NCBI GenBank assembly: GCA_002430735.1
Contig: DJCV01000012.1
Span: forward strand, 1,390 to 65,389
Direction: 5' to 3'
Length of the DNA: 64,000 nt
Source: Candidatus Woesebacteria bacterium UBA5941
GTDB lineage: Bacteria; Patescibacteriota; Microgenomatia; UBA8517
Part shown: positions 21,046 through 30,890 of the stretch, piece by piece
Numbering within the stretch: the first letter of the stretch is position 1
Layout: the number at the start of each line of letters is the position of its first letter
Made by a program: the position numbers and the translations under genes
The notes under the pieces: model-generated
The model's input: the letters and a program-made list of their open reading frames with translations, nothing else
The model's database searches: none
Told to the model about the DNA's origin: nothing

Positions 21046-22479
21046 ATGCTGTACTTTTTTGTGTTGGCGTTTGTCTTGCGGTTGGTTGCAATCAACCAAG
21101 GGCTTTGGCTCGATGAGGCTATTGGCGCAATTGCTGCGAAGCAATATTCATTTATAGACATAGTCACGGTCTTTCTCCGGAATGACAATCATCCACCGCT
21201 CTATTATTTACTGTTAAAAGCATGGGCGAGTGTCTTTGGATTTTCTGATATCGCCCTTAGACTTCCGACTGTGATCCTCGGCTCACTTTCAGTTGTGATG
21301 GTATATAAGCTTACAAAAAAATATGTACCAGGAGCTGCCGTTTTGGCTGCGCTCTTCACCGCTGCCTCACCATTTCTGATCTATTACTCTCAAGAAGTTC
21401 GTATGTATATGCCAACGGTGTTTCTAACGCTTAGTGCAGTGTTTTTCTTTTTGGATACATTTGAAGACAAACGCAACCGATATTCATGGTATCTATTCAG
21501 TCTAAGTGTATGTGCATTGCTGTTTACTGATTATGTTCCAGTATTCTTACTGCCTGTTTTTCCACTGTATGCGCTTCTGAAGAGAGCTCGTACCGTTTGG
21601 TGGAGATCGTTTGGATTGTCATTTGTACCATTAGTTGTCCTCGGAATAGCATGGCTCCCTATACTACAAGTTCAAATATCTGGTGGAGCAACAGTGCTAT
21701 CATTTCTTCCTGAGTGGAAAGGTTTAGCAGGTGGTGCAACACTAAAGCAACTGATTCTTGTATGGAATAAATTCCTCTTAGGCAGAATTTCAATTCGTCC
21801 ACAATCTGTGTATTTCGCATTGATCTTGCTCTTTTCCATTCCTGTAATATACGCACTCATACGGAGTTTTATCTCAAAACGGTCATCATTTATAACCTTC
21901 GTATGGCTGTGGCTCCTCGTTCCACCATCAGTGTGTTTCCTCGTATCATTTCTCTTTCCCGCATTCATATATTTTAGACTTTCGTTTGTGGTACCTGCAT
22001 TCTTCATTCTCATTGCACATGGCATTTCACAGATAAAAAATCAGGCAACATCATTTGCGATAACAATCTCTGTACTCGTCTGCTCGACTGTAGGGCTGTA
22101 TGTGTATGCAACGCAACCGCACCAACAGCGAGAACAGTGGCGTGAAGCAGTATCGTTTGTCGAATCTACGGCGCCATCGGGGGCGATCTCTCTTTTTGAG
22201 TTTCCGGACAGTTTTGCTCCTTACCGCTGGTATACGAACGGTATTGTACCCGGCGTTGGAGGTCTTTCTGAAATAAAATCCCAAGGCGAATCTGAAAAAG
22301 GCGTGCTTTTGTCAAAAATCGAAAAGCATAAAACCATTTATTACTTTAGTTACTTACAAGATTTAACAGACCCTGATAACATCGTTCGGAGTGTCTTAGT
22401 TGAAAATGGATACCTGGTAAAAAAGGAGGTTGGAGATTTTCAAGGAGTAGGTATTATAACTATATGGGAAAGACCATAA
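21046..22479 (+). CDS. GT39/PMT_2-family membrane glycosyltransferase
   Basis: LWLDE, DNHPPLYY, LRLP, YSQEVRMY; polytopic. Confidence 0.85.
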   Translation: MLYFFVLAFVLRLVAINQGLWLDEAIGAIAAKQYSFIDIVTVFLRNDNHPPLYYLLLKAWASVFGFSDIALRLPTVILGSLSVVMVYKLTKKYVPGAAVLAALFTAASPFLIYYSQEVRMYMPTVFLTLSAVFFFLDTFEDKRNRYSWYLFSLSVCALLFTDYVPVFLLPVFPLYALLKRARTVWWRSFGLSFVPLVVLGIAWLPILQVQISGGATVLSFLPEWKGLAGGATLKQLILVWNKFLLGRISIRPQSVYFALILLFSIPVIYALIRSFISKRSSFITFVWLWLLVPPSVCFLVSFLFPAFIYFRLSFVVPAFFILIAHGISQIKNQATSFAITISVLVCSTVGLYVYATQPHQQREQWREAVSFVESTAPSGAISLFEFPDSFAPYRWYTNGIVPGVGGLSEIKSQGESEKGVLLSKIEKHKTIYYFSYLQDLTDPDNIVRSVLVENGYLVKKEVGDFQGVGIITIWERP

Positions 22480-23852
22480 TTACGAATCGCCATTTTGGCA
22501 TTATATTATCGAGCATCATTGCTCTGCATGTGTTTTTGCTTCTGAGCATACATTTCTTCCCATACCCTGAACTGTTTGTCTATCCATATCTCACAAAAAT
22601 TGGACTGGTTCCGTATAAAGAGATTTTAGACCAACACTTCCCAGGACTTATGTTCTTCCCACTAAACCTTGCAACACTCGGATTCACAACGCCAGCATCC
22701 TTCCGGTTATTACAAATAGGATGTGTGCTCCTCAGTCACGTTGGAATTCTGCTTCTGACTCGAATGCTCACAAAAAATAAGTTAAAGATACTTACGGTAT
22801 CGCTCTTATATGTGATATGGCAATCATATTTTGAAGGATATACCGTGTGGATTGAAACGTTTATTACCCCCATACTCTTATTTGGATGTTACTTCCTTAT
22901 TAAAGGCATCGAATCAACATCTCGAAGACAGCTGGTCGGAAGCGGTATCTTGTTGGGGATAGCGCTCGTGATGAAACAGGTGGTCTTACCGCTCATTTTG
23001 TTATTAGGACTCATCTTATGGATCAAGAAAGTTAGATGGAGTCTCTTGCAGTGGATCGGTGTAGGCATCGGTATTCCATTAGTTGTTCTCGGTGTTTTTG
23101 TTTTGGCACGGGGAATTATTTTAGATTTTTGGTATTGGACCGTTATATTTAACGTAAGCGTATTCCGTGAAATGGGTCGTAAGTTTGCAACTCCCCGAGA
23201 GGCTCTAACGCTTCTTGCGTTTTGTTCCGTTGCATTGGGAAGTCTTCTCGTCCAGCTAAAATCAAAAAATGTCGCATTATCGCGGTTATTAATAGGCACA
23301 TTTTTCCTCGGTTCATTTGCCTTCGCGTATGCGCGCTTTGATTTTATTCACCTCCAACCATTAGTCCCATTTGCTCTTGTTTTAACGGCAACTATAGAAA
23401 TTAAGAGTAAACGGTTTATGCTTGGATTATTAATGGCATATGTGGTTGGGAGTGTTATTTTTGGGGCACGGTTCTTTACTCGATATTGGGGACCTTCAGT
23501 CAAGTTTTTCGATCAACAGGATTATGTAGTCTTTAATGAAGTGTCTGAGCGAGTATCTAAAGGTGACGCCGTTTTTGCGTTTGCCACATACCCACATGTA
23601 TACGCCATGACAGAAACACACCCTGCAGGAAACGTCTTTGTCTTTCATTTCCCTTGGTTTATGAAAGTTTCTGAAAAACGAATATTAGCTGGGCTCATGA
23701 TGGATAAGCCGAAAGTTGTACTGAGGGATATGAATGCAACCACAGATGGGTATAATCTAGTTACTTATATGCCTGAAATCAGTCGCTATATTGAGCGATA
23801 TTACAAAGTAGACGAAATTGTTGGTCAAACTGAAATTATGATTCCCCGATGA
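22464..23852 (+). CDS. GT-C-like membrane glycosyltransferase
   Basis: PYKEILDQHFPG in the first loop, many TMs, KQ motif, soluble C-terminal domain. Confidence 0.65.
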   Translation: MGKTIITNRHFGIILSSIIALHVFLLLSIHFFPYPELFVYPYLTKIGLVPYKEILDQHFPGLMFFPLNLATLGFTTPASFRLLQIGCVLLSHVGILLLTRMLTKNKLKILTVSLLYVIWQSYFEGYTVWIETFITPILLFGCYFLIKGIESTSRRQLVGSGILLGIALVMKQVVLPLILLLGLILWIKKVRWSLLQWIGVGIGIPLVVLGVFVLARGIILDFWYWTVIFNVSVFREMGRKFATPREALTLLAFCSVALGSLLVQLKSKNVALSRLLIGTFFLGSFAFAYARFDFIHLQPLVPFALVLTATIEIKSKRFMLGLLMAYVVGSVIFGARFFTRYWGPSVKFFDQQDYVVFNEVSERVSKGDAVFAFATYPHVYAMTETHPAGNVFVFHFPWFMKVSEKRILAGLMMDKPKVVLRDMNATTDGYNLVTYMPEISRYIERYYKVDEIVGQTEIMIPR

Positions 23853-24907
23853 ATATAGGTATAGACATTTCACAGGTAGTCTATGGGACTGGCGTTTCCG
23901 TTTATACAAAAGAGCTCGTTCGAGAACTGCTTCTTTTAAAAAGCGAACATCATTTCACCTTATTTGCAGGAGTGCTCCGTAGGTCACGGGATCTGGATGC
24001 ATATGTAAAAACCCTGAGTGGGAATTTCACTCTGGTCACAGCACCCATACCACCTCGTGTTGCAGATGTTCTGTGGAATTACATTCAAGTAATCCCTATC
24101 GAGTTCTTTGTGGGGAATGTGTCACTCTTTCATACCTCAGACTGGACCGAACCACGGGCTCGGTGTCCAAAAATATCTACCGTGCATGATCTCTCTCCTC
24201 TTTTGTACCCTGAGACTGCACATCCTCGAGTCAAACGGGTGTTTTTAAGAAAACTCCATTTACTTAAAGAATCACAAAACCATGTAATAGTGCCAAGCTT
24301 AACAATTGAAAACGAGCTCTTAAAACAGGGATTCCTTTCAACGCACATTCACACTATTTACGAAGCCCCACATCCAGCACTTATCAACGCTCCACAGCTT
24401 GATGTTTTTAAACGATTTTCACTGCCTAAACAGTATGCCTTGTGTGTGGGTACAAATGAGCGGAAAAATCTTGAACGTTCGATAGGGGCGTGCCGGAAGT
24501 TGGGCATACACTTAGTAGTTGTTGGAGAATCACAAAACAACATGCATGTCAGTAGTGAGGTGACATATACCGGATTTGTCTCCAACACCGAACTTGCAAA
24601 TCTCTATCGTCATGCAGTGGTTTTCTTGTATCCGTCGCTATATGAAGGTTTTGGGCTGCCCATTCTAGAAGCATTTGCGTTAGCTTGTCCTGTCGTGACG
24701 AGTAATCTTGGCAGCATGCAAGAAATTGCAGGGGATGCAGCAGTTCTCGTAAACCCTTACGACGAAGCATCTCTGGTATCTGGCGTGAAGCGTGCAATTA
24801 AGACAAGAACAACGCTTATTAAAAAAGGTGAAAAGCGTGTAAGGATGTTTAGTTGGCGGACTGCTGCAGAAAAAACGTTAGCGCTTTATGAATCACTCGA
24901 TCTATAA
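23849..24907 (+). CDS. glycosyltransferase family 4 (MtfB-like mannosyltransferase)
   Basis: TVHDL, RKNL, YPSLYEGFGLPILEA. Confidence 0.9.
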   Translation: MNIGIDISQVVYGTGVSVYTKELVRELLLLKSEHHFTLFAGVLRRSRDLDAYVKTLSGNFTLVTAPIPPRVADVLWNYIQVIPIEFFVGNVSLFHTSDWTEPRARCPKISTVHDLSPLLYPETAHPRVKRVFLRKLHLLKESQNHVIVPSLTIENELLKQGFLSTHIHTIYEAPHPALINAPQLDVFKRFSLPKQYALCVGTNERKNLERSIGACRKLGIHLVVVGESQNNMHVSSEVTYTGFVSNTELANLYRHAVVFLYPSLYEGFGLPILEAFALACPVVTSNLGSMQEIAGDAAVLVNPYDEASLVSGVKRAIKTRTTLIKKGEKRVRMFSWRTAAEKTLALYESLDL

Positions 24908-24916
24908 GAAAACCGT

Positions 24917-26062
24917 ATGAAAAACACCGTGAAACCAATTATCGGAATAGATGGTAATGAAGCCAATGTTGAAAACCGTGTTGGGGTGAATACCTACGCA
25001 TACGAAGTGCTCAATAGTATCGCGAAACTAGAGGATGACTGGAGCACACGCGCTCGGGTGGTTGTTTACTTGCGCTCAAAACCGCTGAACCATATGCCTC
25101 CAGAGACTCAGCACTTTTCATACAAGGTCTTACACGGAGGTGGCCAATGGATCCTCCGGACATTGACCCCTCATCTTTTCATGAGCTCTACTCGTCCGCG
25201 CGTTTTTTGGTCTCCGAGTCACTACATCCCTCCGGTTGCGCCGATGAGTCGAGTATGTTCAATAATGGACCTTGGTTACTTGGAGTTTTCGAGCCAATTT
25301 AAAAAATATGATTTCTGGCAGTTAAAGCTCTGGAGTGCTTGGTCTATAAAAAATGCCCGAAAGGTTTTGTCGATCTCTGAGGCAACGAGAAAAGACATTA
25401 TAAAACATTACCCCGGAAGTCGTGAAAAACTGACAACCACCCTTCTTGGCTATGATCATACCATCTATAACACACACATAAACCCAACCGCAATTGAAAC
25501 GGTAAAACGCACTTACTCTATAGGTCAACAATATCTTTTGTTCATGAGTACCTTAAAGCCGAGTAAGAATGTAGAAGGGCTACTTCGAGCATGGGCACGT
25601 ATTGAAAAGGATTATCCTAAGGTGACCCTTGTCATTGCAGGAAAGAAAGGTTGGCTCTTTGAACAAATCTTTTCTCTCACGGAAAAGCTTTCACTGGAGG
25701 AGCGTGTAGTCTTCACCGATTTTGTTCGTGAAAACGAAAAACCCCCGCTTATTGCAGGAGCTACTGCGTTCGTTCTGCCATCGTTCTGGGAAGGATTCGG
25801 GTTAGATGTTGTCTCTGCTATGGCATGTGGTGTGCCGGTTGTTATTTCGGATCGAGGAAGTCTCCCTGAAGTTGCAGGGAAGGCCGGCATTGTCGTTAAT
25901 CCTGATGATGATCGCTCGATCGCACAAGGAATTGAGAAGATACTTACTGCATCAAGCGGTGAATATAAGGAGAGGGTCAAAATGGGCCTCCATGAAGCAA
26001 AGCGCTTTAACTGGGACAACACTGCGCGAGAAACAATAAAAGTACTACTCTCTTTATTGTAA
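24917..26062 (+). CDS. glycosyltransferase family 4 (MtfB-like)
   Basis: TLKPSKNVE, PSFWEGFGLDVVSAMACG. Confidence 0.9.
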   Translation: MKNTVKPIIGIDGNEANVENRVGVNTYAYEVLNSIAKLEDDWSTRARVVVYLRSKPLNHMPPETQHFSYKVLHGGGQWILRTLTPHLFMSSTRPRVFWSPSHYIPPVAPMSRVCSIMDLGYLEFSSQFKKYDFWQLKLWSAWSIKNARKVLSISEATRKDIIKHYPGSREKLTTTLLGYDHTIYNTHINPTAIETVKRTYSIGQQYLLFMSTLKPSKNVEGLLRAWARIEKDYPKVTLVIAGKKGWLFEQIFSLTEKLSLEERVVFTDFVRENEKPPLIAGATAFVLPSFWEGFGLDVVSAMACGVPVVISDRGSLPEVAGKAGIVVNPDDDRSIAQGIEKILTASSGEYKERVKMGLHEAKRFNWDNTARETIKVLLSLL

Positions 26063-26107
26063 GGAAATGATCCTGTGTAAGCTCCACGATTTTGGTACAA
26101 TAAGCTC

Positions 26108-26749
26108 ATGTTGGTTTTACAGAACTTAGAAATTACTGGGAGTGGAATTTCTTTTCAGGATAAACACGGCAAGAAATTAACACTTGGAAATGCAGCATCG
26201 AAAATTTTAAACCGGTTTTATAACTACTATTTAGACTTCTCCTTATTTGTCATTCACCTAGTTACCCTTCATGTTCCTATTTGGACAATACGTAAAGCAG
26301 TCTTACAAAGTGCTGGCGTTACAATTGGTTCAGGAAGCGTAATTCACATGGGTGCAAAGTTCTTCGATCCTAAGGGTGTTACCGTTGGTGAAGATTCTAT
26401 GCTCGGCGATCGAATCTTTTTGGACGGTCGTGAAAAACTAACCATTGGAAGCCATGTTGATATTGCTTCAGAAGTTATGATTTATAACTCTGAGCACGAT
26501 TTAAGCGCCCAAGACTTTCATGCTGTAAATGGTGCGGTCACCATCGAAGATTATGTCTTTATCGGACCGCGAGCGATTATCTTGCCAGGAGTTACTATCT
26601 CTAAAGGTGCAGTCGTTGCTGCAGGTGCTGTGGTTACAAAGGATGTTCCGGCATTTACTATGGTCGGAGGCGTTCCTGCCAAAGTGATTGGTGAGCGCAA
26701 ATTGAAAAAGCTGTCATATCGATTGGGACGCGCACGATTATTTCAATGA
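26108..26749 (+). CDS. hexapeptide-repeat (LbetaH) O-acyltransferase
   Basis: VTIEDYVFIGPRAIILPGVTISKGAVVAAGAVVTKDV...GGVPAK. Confidence 0.9.
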   Translation: MLVLQNLEITGSGISFQDKHGKKLTLGNAASKILNRFYNYYLDFSLFVIHLVTLHVPIWTIRKAVLQSAGVTIGSGSVIHMGAKFFDPKGVTVGEDSMLGDRIFLDGREKLTIGSHVDIASEVMIYNSEHDLSAQDFHAVNGAVTIEDYVFIGPRAIILPGVTISKGAVVAAGAVVTKDVPAFTMVGGVPAKVIGERKLKKLSYRLGRARLFQ

Positions 26750-27270
26750 GAAAATCCACAATCCTAAAGCTTGCCTTCGGTATTCCATTTTTAGCACTGT
26801 ATTTTCGCTATTTTACAATTCCCAATTATCCATTCCCAGGGCCGCCACCTGATGCGCTGCAATCATATGAGCCAGCAGACACAGAAACTCCGCTTAGACG
26901 CGGATACTTCACACAGTACACGCGAGAGCAAGTAATTGCGCATTATCGCGGACAGCTCGATTATCTTCCGGTCATTCGTTTGAACTATCCACCAGAGGAG
27001 GCGGGGACCATTATTCGTGATCAGACCCGCAGCTGGTATCTTGAAGAATTAGCTCACCCACTGCGAGGTTCACTCTTCATTAATGGGTTTATTGCACAAA
27101 AAGCACAGGATAACATCGTCATTGATGGAAAACCGTTTCACCAAAAAATCACTATTAAGTACGTGCCAAGCAATGTATTTGTGAGACTTGCAATTTCAGG
27201 TCTTATATTGCTGGCCATTTACCTCCTCTATTTGGAATGGAAAAAAGCCCTACAGTCTCTATTGTCATAG
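26746..27270 (+). CDS. hypothetical membrane protein (N- and C-terminal TM)
   Basis: 174-aa ORF overlapping both neighbours; hydrophobic termini. Confidence 0.7.
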   Translation: MRKSTILKLAFGIPFLALYFRYFTIPNYPFPGPPPDALQSYEPADTETPLRRGYFTQYTREQVIAHYRGQLDYLPVIRLNYPPEEAGTIIRDQTRSWYLEELAHPLRGSLFINGFIAQKAQDNIVIDGKPFHQKITIKYVPSNVFVRLAISGLILLAIYLLYLEWKKALQSLLS

Positions 27271-28130
27271 TTAACTACAACACGAAGGATTTACTGAAAA
27301 ATTGTATTGAATCAATTACGCAGCAGATTCGCGTATCTTTTGAAATCATTGTTGTAGACAATGCATCAACTGATGGAAGTGTTGCGTTTGTTAAGTCCTT
27401 AAAAAACAGCGCAGTACGATTAATTGAATCAAAGGAGAACACCGGTTTTGCGAAAGGAAATAATTTGGGTTTAAAAAAAGCTCGCGGGGCCTATTTATTG
27501 CTTTTAAACTCAGATACGGTTTTAACCGAAGATTCAGTGTCTGCGTGCATCTCGTATCTCAAAAAAAACGAGGAAGCAGGGATTGTAAGTTGTTCTCTGA
27601 AAAACGCCGATGGTTCAATGCAACCAACTGGAGGGTACTTCCCAAACCCAGCGCGGCTCTTTTTATGGATGACCTTTCTTGATGATGTCCCACTTATTAA
27701 TAGTATCTGCAAACCGTTTCACCCGCCGGCGAGTTACTATACTCGGGACATGCCTCTCGATTGGGTAACCGGTGCATTTTTTATGTTTCCACACAAATTA
27801 TTGAAAACTGTTGGTTATTTGGATGAAGACTACTTCATGTACGTAGAGGAGATGGATTTTTGTTACCGCGCACGAGAGAAGGGCTATCGAGTTCAGTACC
27901 TACACAACAGTGCGATTACTCACTTAGGGCGTGCAAGCAGCACAAACGAGTTTGCAATTCTTTCAGAATACAAAAATATTATGCTGTTTTATCGGAAGCA
28001 TTTGTCATCGTTCACGCAATACTGTCGAGTTATGTTGAAGTTTGGAGCAGGACTTCGAGTATTGGTATTCGGTATACTAGGGAAATCAGCTCAAAGAGCA
28101 ATTTATGCAAAAGCTTTTAAATCTATTTGA
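27237..28130 (+). CDS. glycosyltransferase family 2 (WbbL-like)
   Basis: VNYNT, VDNASTDGS, NTGFAKGNN, LLNSD, MYVEEMDFC. Confidence 0.9.
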   Translation: MEKSPTVSIVIVNYNTKDLLKNCIESITQQIRVSFEIIVVDNASTDGSVAFVKSLKNSAVRLIESKENTGFAKGNNLGLKKARGAYLLLLNSDTVLTEDSVSACISYLKKNEEAGIVSCSLKNADGSMQPTGGYFPNPARLFLWMTFLDDVPLINSICKPFHPPASYYTRDMPLDWVTGAFFMFPHKLLKTVGYLDEDYFMYVEEMDFCYRAREKGYRVQYLHNSAITHLGRASSTNEFAILSEYKNIMLFYRKHLSSFTQYCRVMLKFGAGLRVLVFGILGKSAQRAIYAKAFKSI

Positions 28131-29448
28131 AACCGTTTGGAATAAGACAGGTAAGTATTTGATTGGGACGCTTATTTTAGCGATTCCTCTCTATCCAAAG
28201 TTCCCTTTTTTTGATATCCCAGGGATTTATGTATCTATTAGACTTGAAGATTTTGTTATTTTTGTGATTTGCCTCGTTTGGTTTCTCGCACATATCAGAA
28301 AAATTCCAACGATTCTTAAAACAAATAATATTTGGCGTGCATTTCTCCTTTTTTGGGCAATTGGACTCCTTTCAACGATTTCAGCAATCTTTTTGACTCA
28401 AACCGTTGACCCACTGATCGCATTATTAAGTTGGGCCCGAAGAATTGAGTATATGGTGATTTTTCTTCTCTGTCTTGATTTGAAAGTAACCAAGAAAGAA
28501 CTCCTTTTCTTTGTAGCTTGTTTCGCCGCGGTTGTTGTCTACGCTTTTGGTTATGGAGTAGGTCAAAAATACTTTAACTGGCCTATTATTACTACACAAA
28601 ACGAAGAGTACTCCAAGGGAATTGCACTCTTTTATATGCCAGGAGGACATTTGGTATCGACGTTTGCTGGGCATTATGACATGGCATCAGTTCTAATTTT
28701 AATAACACCATTGTTATTAGTGTTTGCGACACATCCGTCCATCTTTGAAAAAGGCAGACGAGGACTGCTTATTAGTGGATTATTGTCTGTAATTATCCTG
28801 CTTGGTATGTGGCTTGTTGCGAACGCGGCCTCACGTATTTCAATTGTTTCATATGTCGGGGTAGCCTCCCTTGCACTGCTTTTGGTGAGGCGCATGTATC
28901 TAATCCCTGTATTTGCCATTGTGGTATTTCTTGTTGCCGCTAGCTCAAGCAGCTTAATTGGCAGATATATGAATATCTTTGACGTACTGATCGACAAAGT
29001 AAGTGCAGCAGATGTCTCAACCATTATGACCCCTACTCCGGAGCCGACTCCGATCCCTCCGGTTGAAGATCGCTCGACAAATATTCGTCTTGCAGTTGAA
29101 TGGCCGCGTGCAATCAGAGCGTTAACAAAAAACTCTTTACTCGGAACAGGATATTCATCAATCACATTAGCAACAGATAACGAGTATTTGCGCAGTCTAG
29201 GAGAAGTGGGCATTATTGGATCACTCTCATTTTTACTGTGTTTCGTGTTGATTATCACGGAATTGGTGAAGCGATTTTGGAGAAACAAAACATTTAATAC
29301 CCAGAAATTACTCGTTGCTTCGGCGCTGGCACTTTTGCCAGGCGTCTTTTTAAATATGGTATTTATTGATATTTTGGAGGCATCTAAATTTGCCATTATG
29401 TTTTGGCTCTTTTTAGGGATAACATTGGCACACGCACGTACATCATGA
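28105..29448 (+). CDS. O-antigen ligase/polymerase (Wzy_C)-like membrane protein
   Basis: Polytopic; SR motif, STNIR...WPRA...LLGTGY...TDNEYLRSLGEVGIIG. Confidence 0.8.
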   Translation: MQKLLNLFETVWNKTGKYLIGTLILAIPLYPKFPFFDIPGIYVSIRLEDFVIFVICLVWFLAHIRKIPTILKTNNIWRAFLLFWAIGLLSTISAIFLTQTVDPLIALLSWARRIEYMVIFLLCLDLKVTKKELLFFVACFAAVVVYAFGYGVGQKYFNWPIITTQNEEYSKGIALFYMPGGHLVSTFAGHYDMASVLILITPLLLVFATHPSIFEKGRRGLLISGLLSVIILLGMWLVANAASRISIVSYVGVASLALLLVRRMYLIPVFAIVVFLVAASSSSLIGRYMNIFDVLIDKVSAADVSTIMTPTPEPTPIPPVEDRSTNIRLAVEWPRAIRALTKNSLLGTGYSSITLATDNEYLRSLGEVGIIGSLSFLLCFVLIITELVKRFWRNKTFNTQKLLVASALALLPGVFLNMVFIDILEASKFAIMFWLFLGITLAHARTS

Positions 29449-30890
29449 AAAATCGATTTCCACAGTCATTGTTTTATATATTTATAGGAGTTATTTTGTT
29501 GGGAGCAATTGGCGTGAGGCTCTACAAGATTTCGAGCCCCGTTGCGGATTGGCATTCATGGCGACAGGCTGACACTGCTTCCGTAAGTTATCTCTATGTT
29601 CGCGACGGAATCGATATTTTATATCCACGCTATTTTGACGTATCGAGTATTCAGACATCTTACATCAATTTAGAAGGGTGGAGGTTTGTAGAATTCCCTT
29701 TCTTCAATATTGCCCATGCAATAGGATATAAATACGTGGGTGCAGGTTATAGCTTTGATGAATGGGGGAGGCTAATTTCAATTGCTTCGTCCGTGGTAAC
29801 TACATTTGTGTTATTTCTACTTGGATGGCGGGTTATTGGGAGATTTGGTGGATTGGTCGCTGCATTTGTGTACGCATTCCTTCCTTATAATATCTTTTTT
29901 ACACGAGTCATTCTCCCTGAACCGATGGGTGTGATGTTTGCAGTGCTCGGCCTCTATTTTGGTGTTGTGTATTTTGACACATTTAAGAAGAAGTACTTGA
30001 TCCCAACAGTTATATTCTTTGCATGCGCGCTTCTCATGAAGCCCTTTTTTGCGTTCTTTGCGTTCCCGTTGGTATATATGGCTTGGAGGGAGTATGGCAT
30101 CATCGGAATTCTGAAGCAAAAAGTGCTCTTGCTCTCATTTAGCGGGGTACTGATTCCGTTTTTCGTCTGGCGAGGCTGGATGAATTATGAAACACGATTC
30201 ATTGGGATCCCATTCTTCGCTTGGGCATTTAATGGAGATGGAATTCGCTTTAGACCGTCATTTTGGAATTGGATTTTTGCTGAACGGATTGCAAAGATGA
30301 TTCTTGGTATGTGGGGAGTTGTCCCATTGAGCGTTGGTTTTCTCTATTCAATTAAGAAATATCCAGTTATTTTCTTCTCAGCGCTAGGGATGCTTTGTTA
30401 TCTCAGCTTAGTAGCAACGGCAAATGTACGGCATGATTATTATCAAACGATGATTGTGCCCGCAATTGCGCTCTGTGTTGCAGCTGGGGTTGATTGGTTT
30501 ATTTCTCATGCGCCGTTTCATAAATTTGCGACTACCGTTTTTGTCGCATTTTCAATGTGTATGATGATTCTTGTTGGATGGTACCAGATTCGAGATAATT
30601 ACCAAGTTAATCACGGTGAAATTATTGCAGCAGGCGAGGCAGTTCAGAAGTTAACCAGCGAAGATTCTCGGGTTATTGCACCATACAATGGTGATACTGC
30701 CTTTTTATATCAAACAAAACGGTTTGGATGGCCTGTCGTCGATCGAAGCATCGATGAAATGATTACTCTGGGCGCTGACTATTTCGTTTCTGTAAATTAT
30801 GATGCCGACACGAATAATTTTATGAAGCTCTTTAAGACTGTAGAGAAAACCAACCAATATATAATTCTTGACTTACATGAACGACTATGA
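29445..30890 (+). CDS. GT39/ArnT-like membrane glycosyltransferase
   Basis: HSWRQADT, EFP, RVILPE, KP, HDYY; ATG 29445 (ATGA overlap). Confidence 0.8.
   Translation: MKNRFPQSLFYIFIGVILLGAIGVRLYKISSPVADWHSWRQADTASVSYLYVRDGIDILYPRYFDVSSIQTSYINLEGWRFVEFPFFNIAHAIGYKYVGAGYSFDEWGRLISIASSVVTTFVLFLLGWRVIGRFGGLVAAFVYAFLPYNIFFTRVILPEPMGVMFAVLGLYFGVVYFDTFKKKYLIPTVIFFACALLMKPFFAFFAFPLVYMAWREYGIIGILKQKVLLLSFSGVLIPFFVWRGWMNYETRFIGIPFFAWAFNGDGIRFRPSFWNWIFAERIAKMILGMWGVVPLSVGFLYSIKKYPVIFFSALGMLCYLSLVATANVRHDYYQTMIVPAIALCVAAGVDWFISHAPFHKFATTVFVAFSMCMMILVGWYQIRDNYQVNHGEIIAAGEAVQKLTSEDSRVIAPYNGDTAFLYQTKRFGWPVVDRSIDEMITLGADYFVSVNYDADTNNFMKLFKTVEKTNQYIILDLHERL

Noticed and set aside
28674-29396. 240-aa antisense ORF and other shadow ORFs (e.g. 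25612..26109, 57911..58399, 46383..46838)
   Set aside because: They lie antisense to well-supported genes and have no motifs or initiation signals
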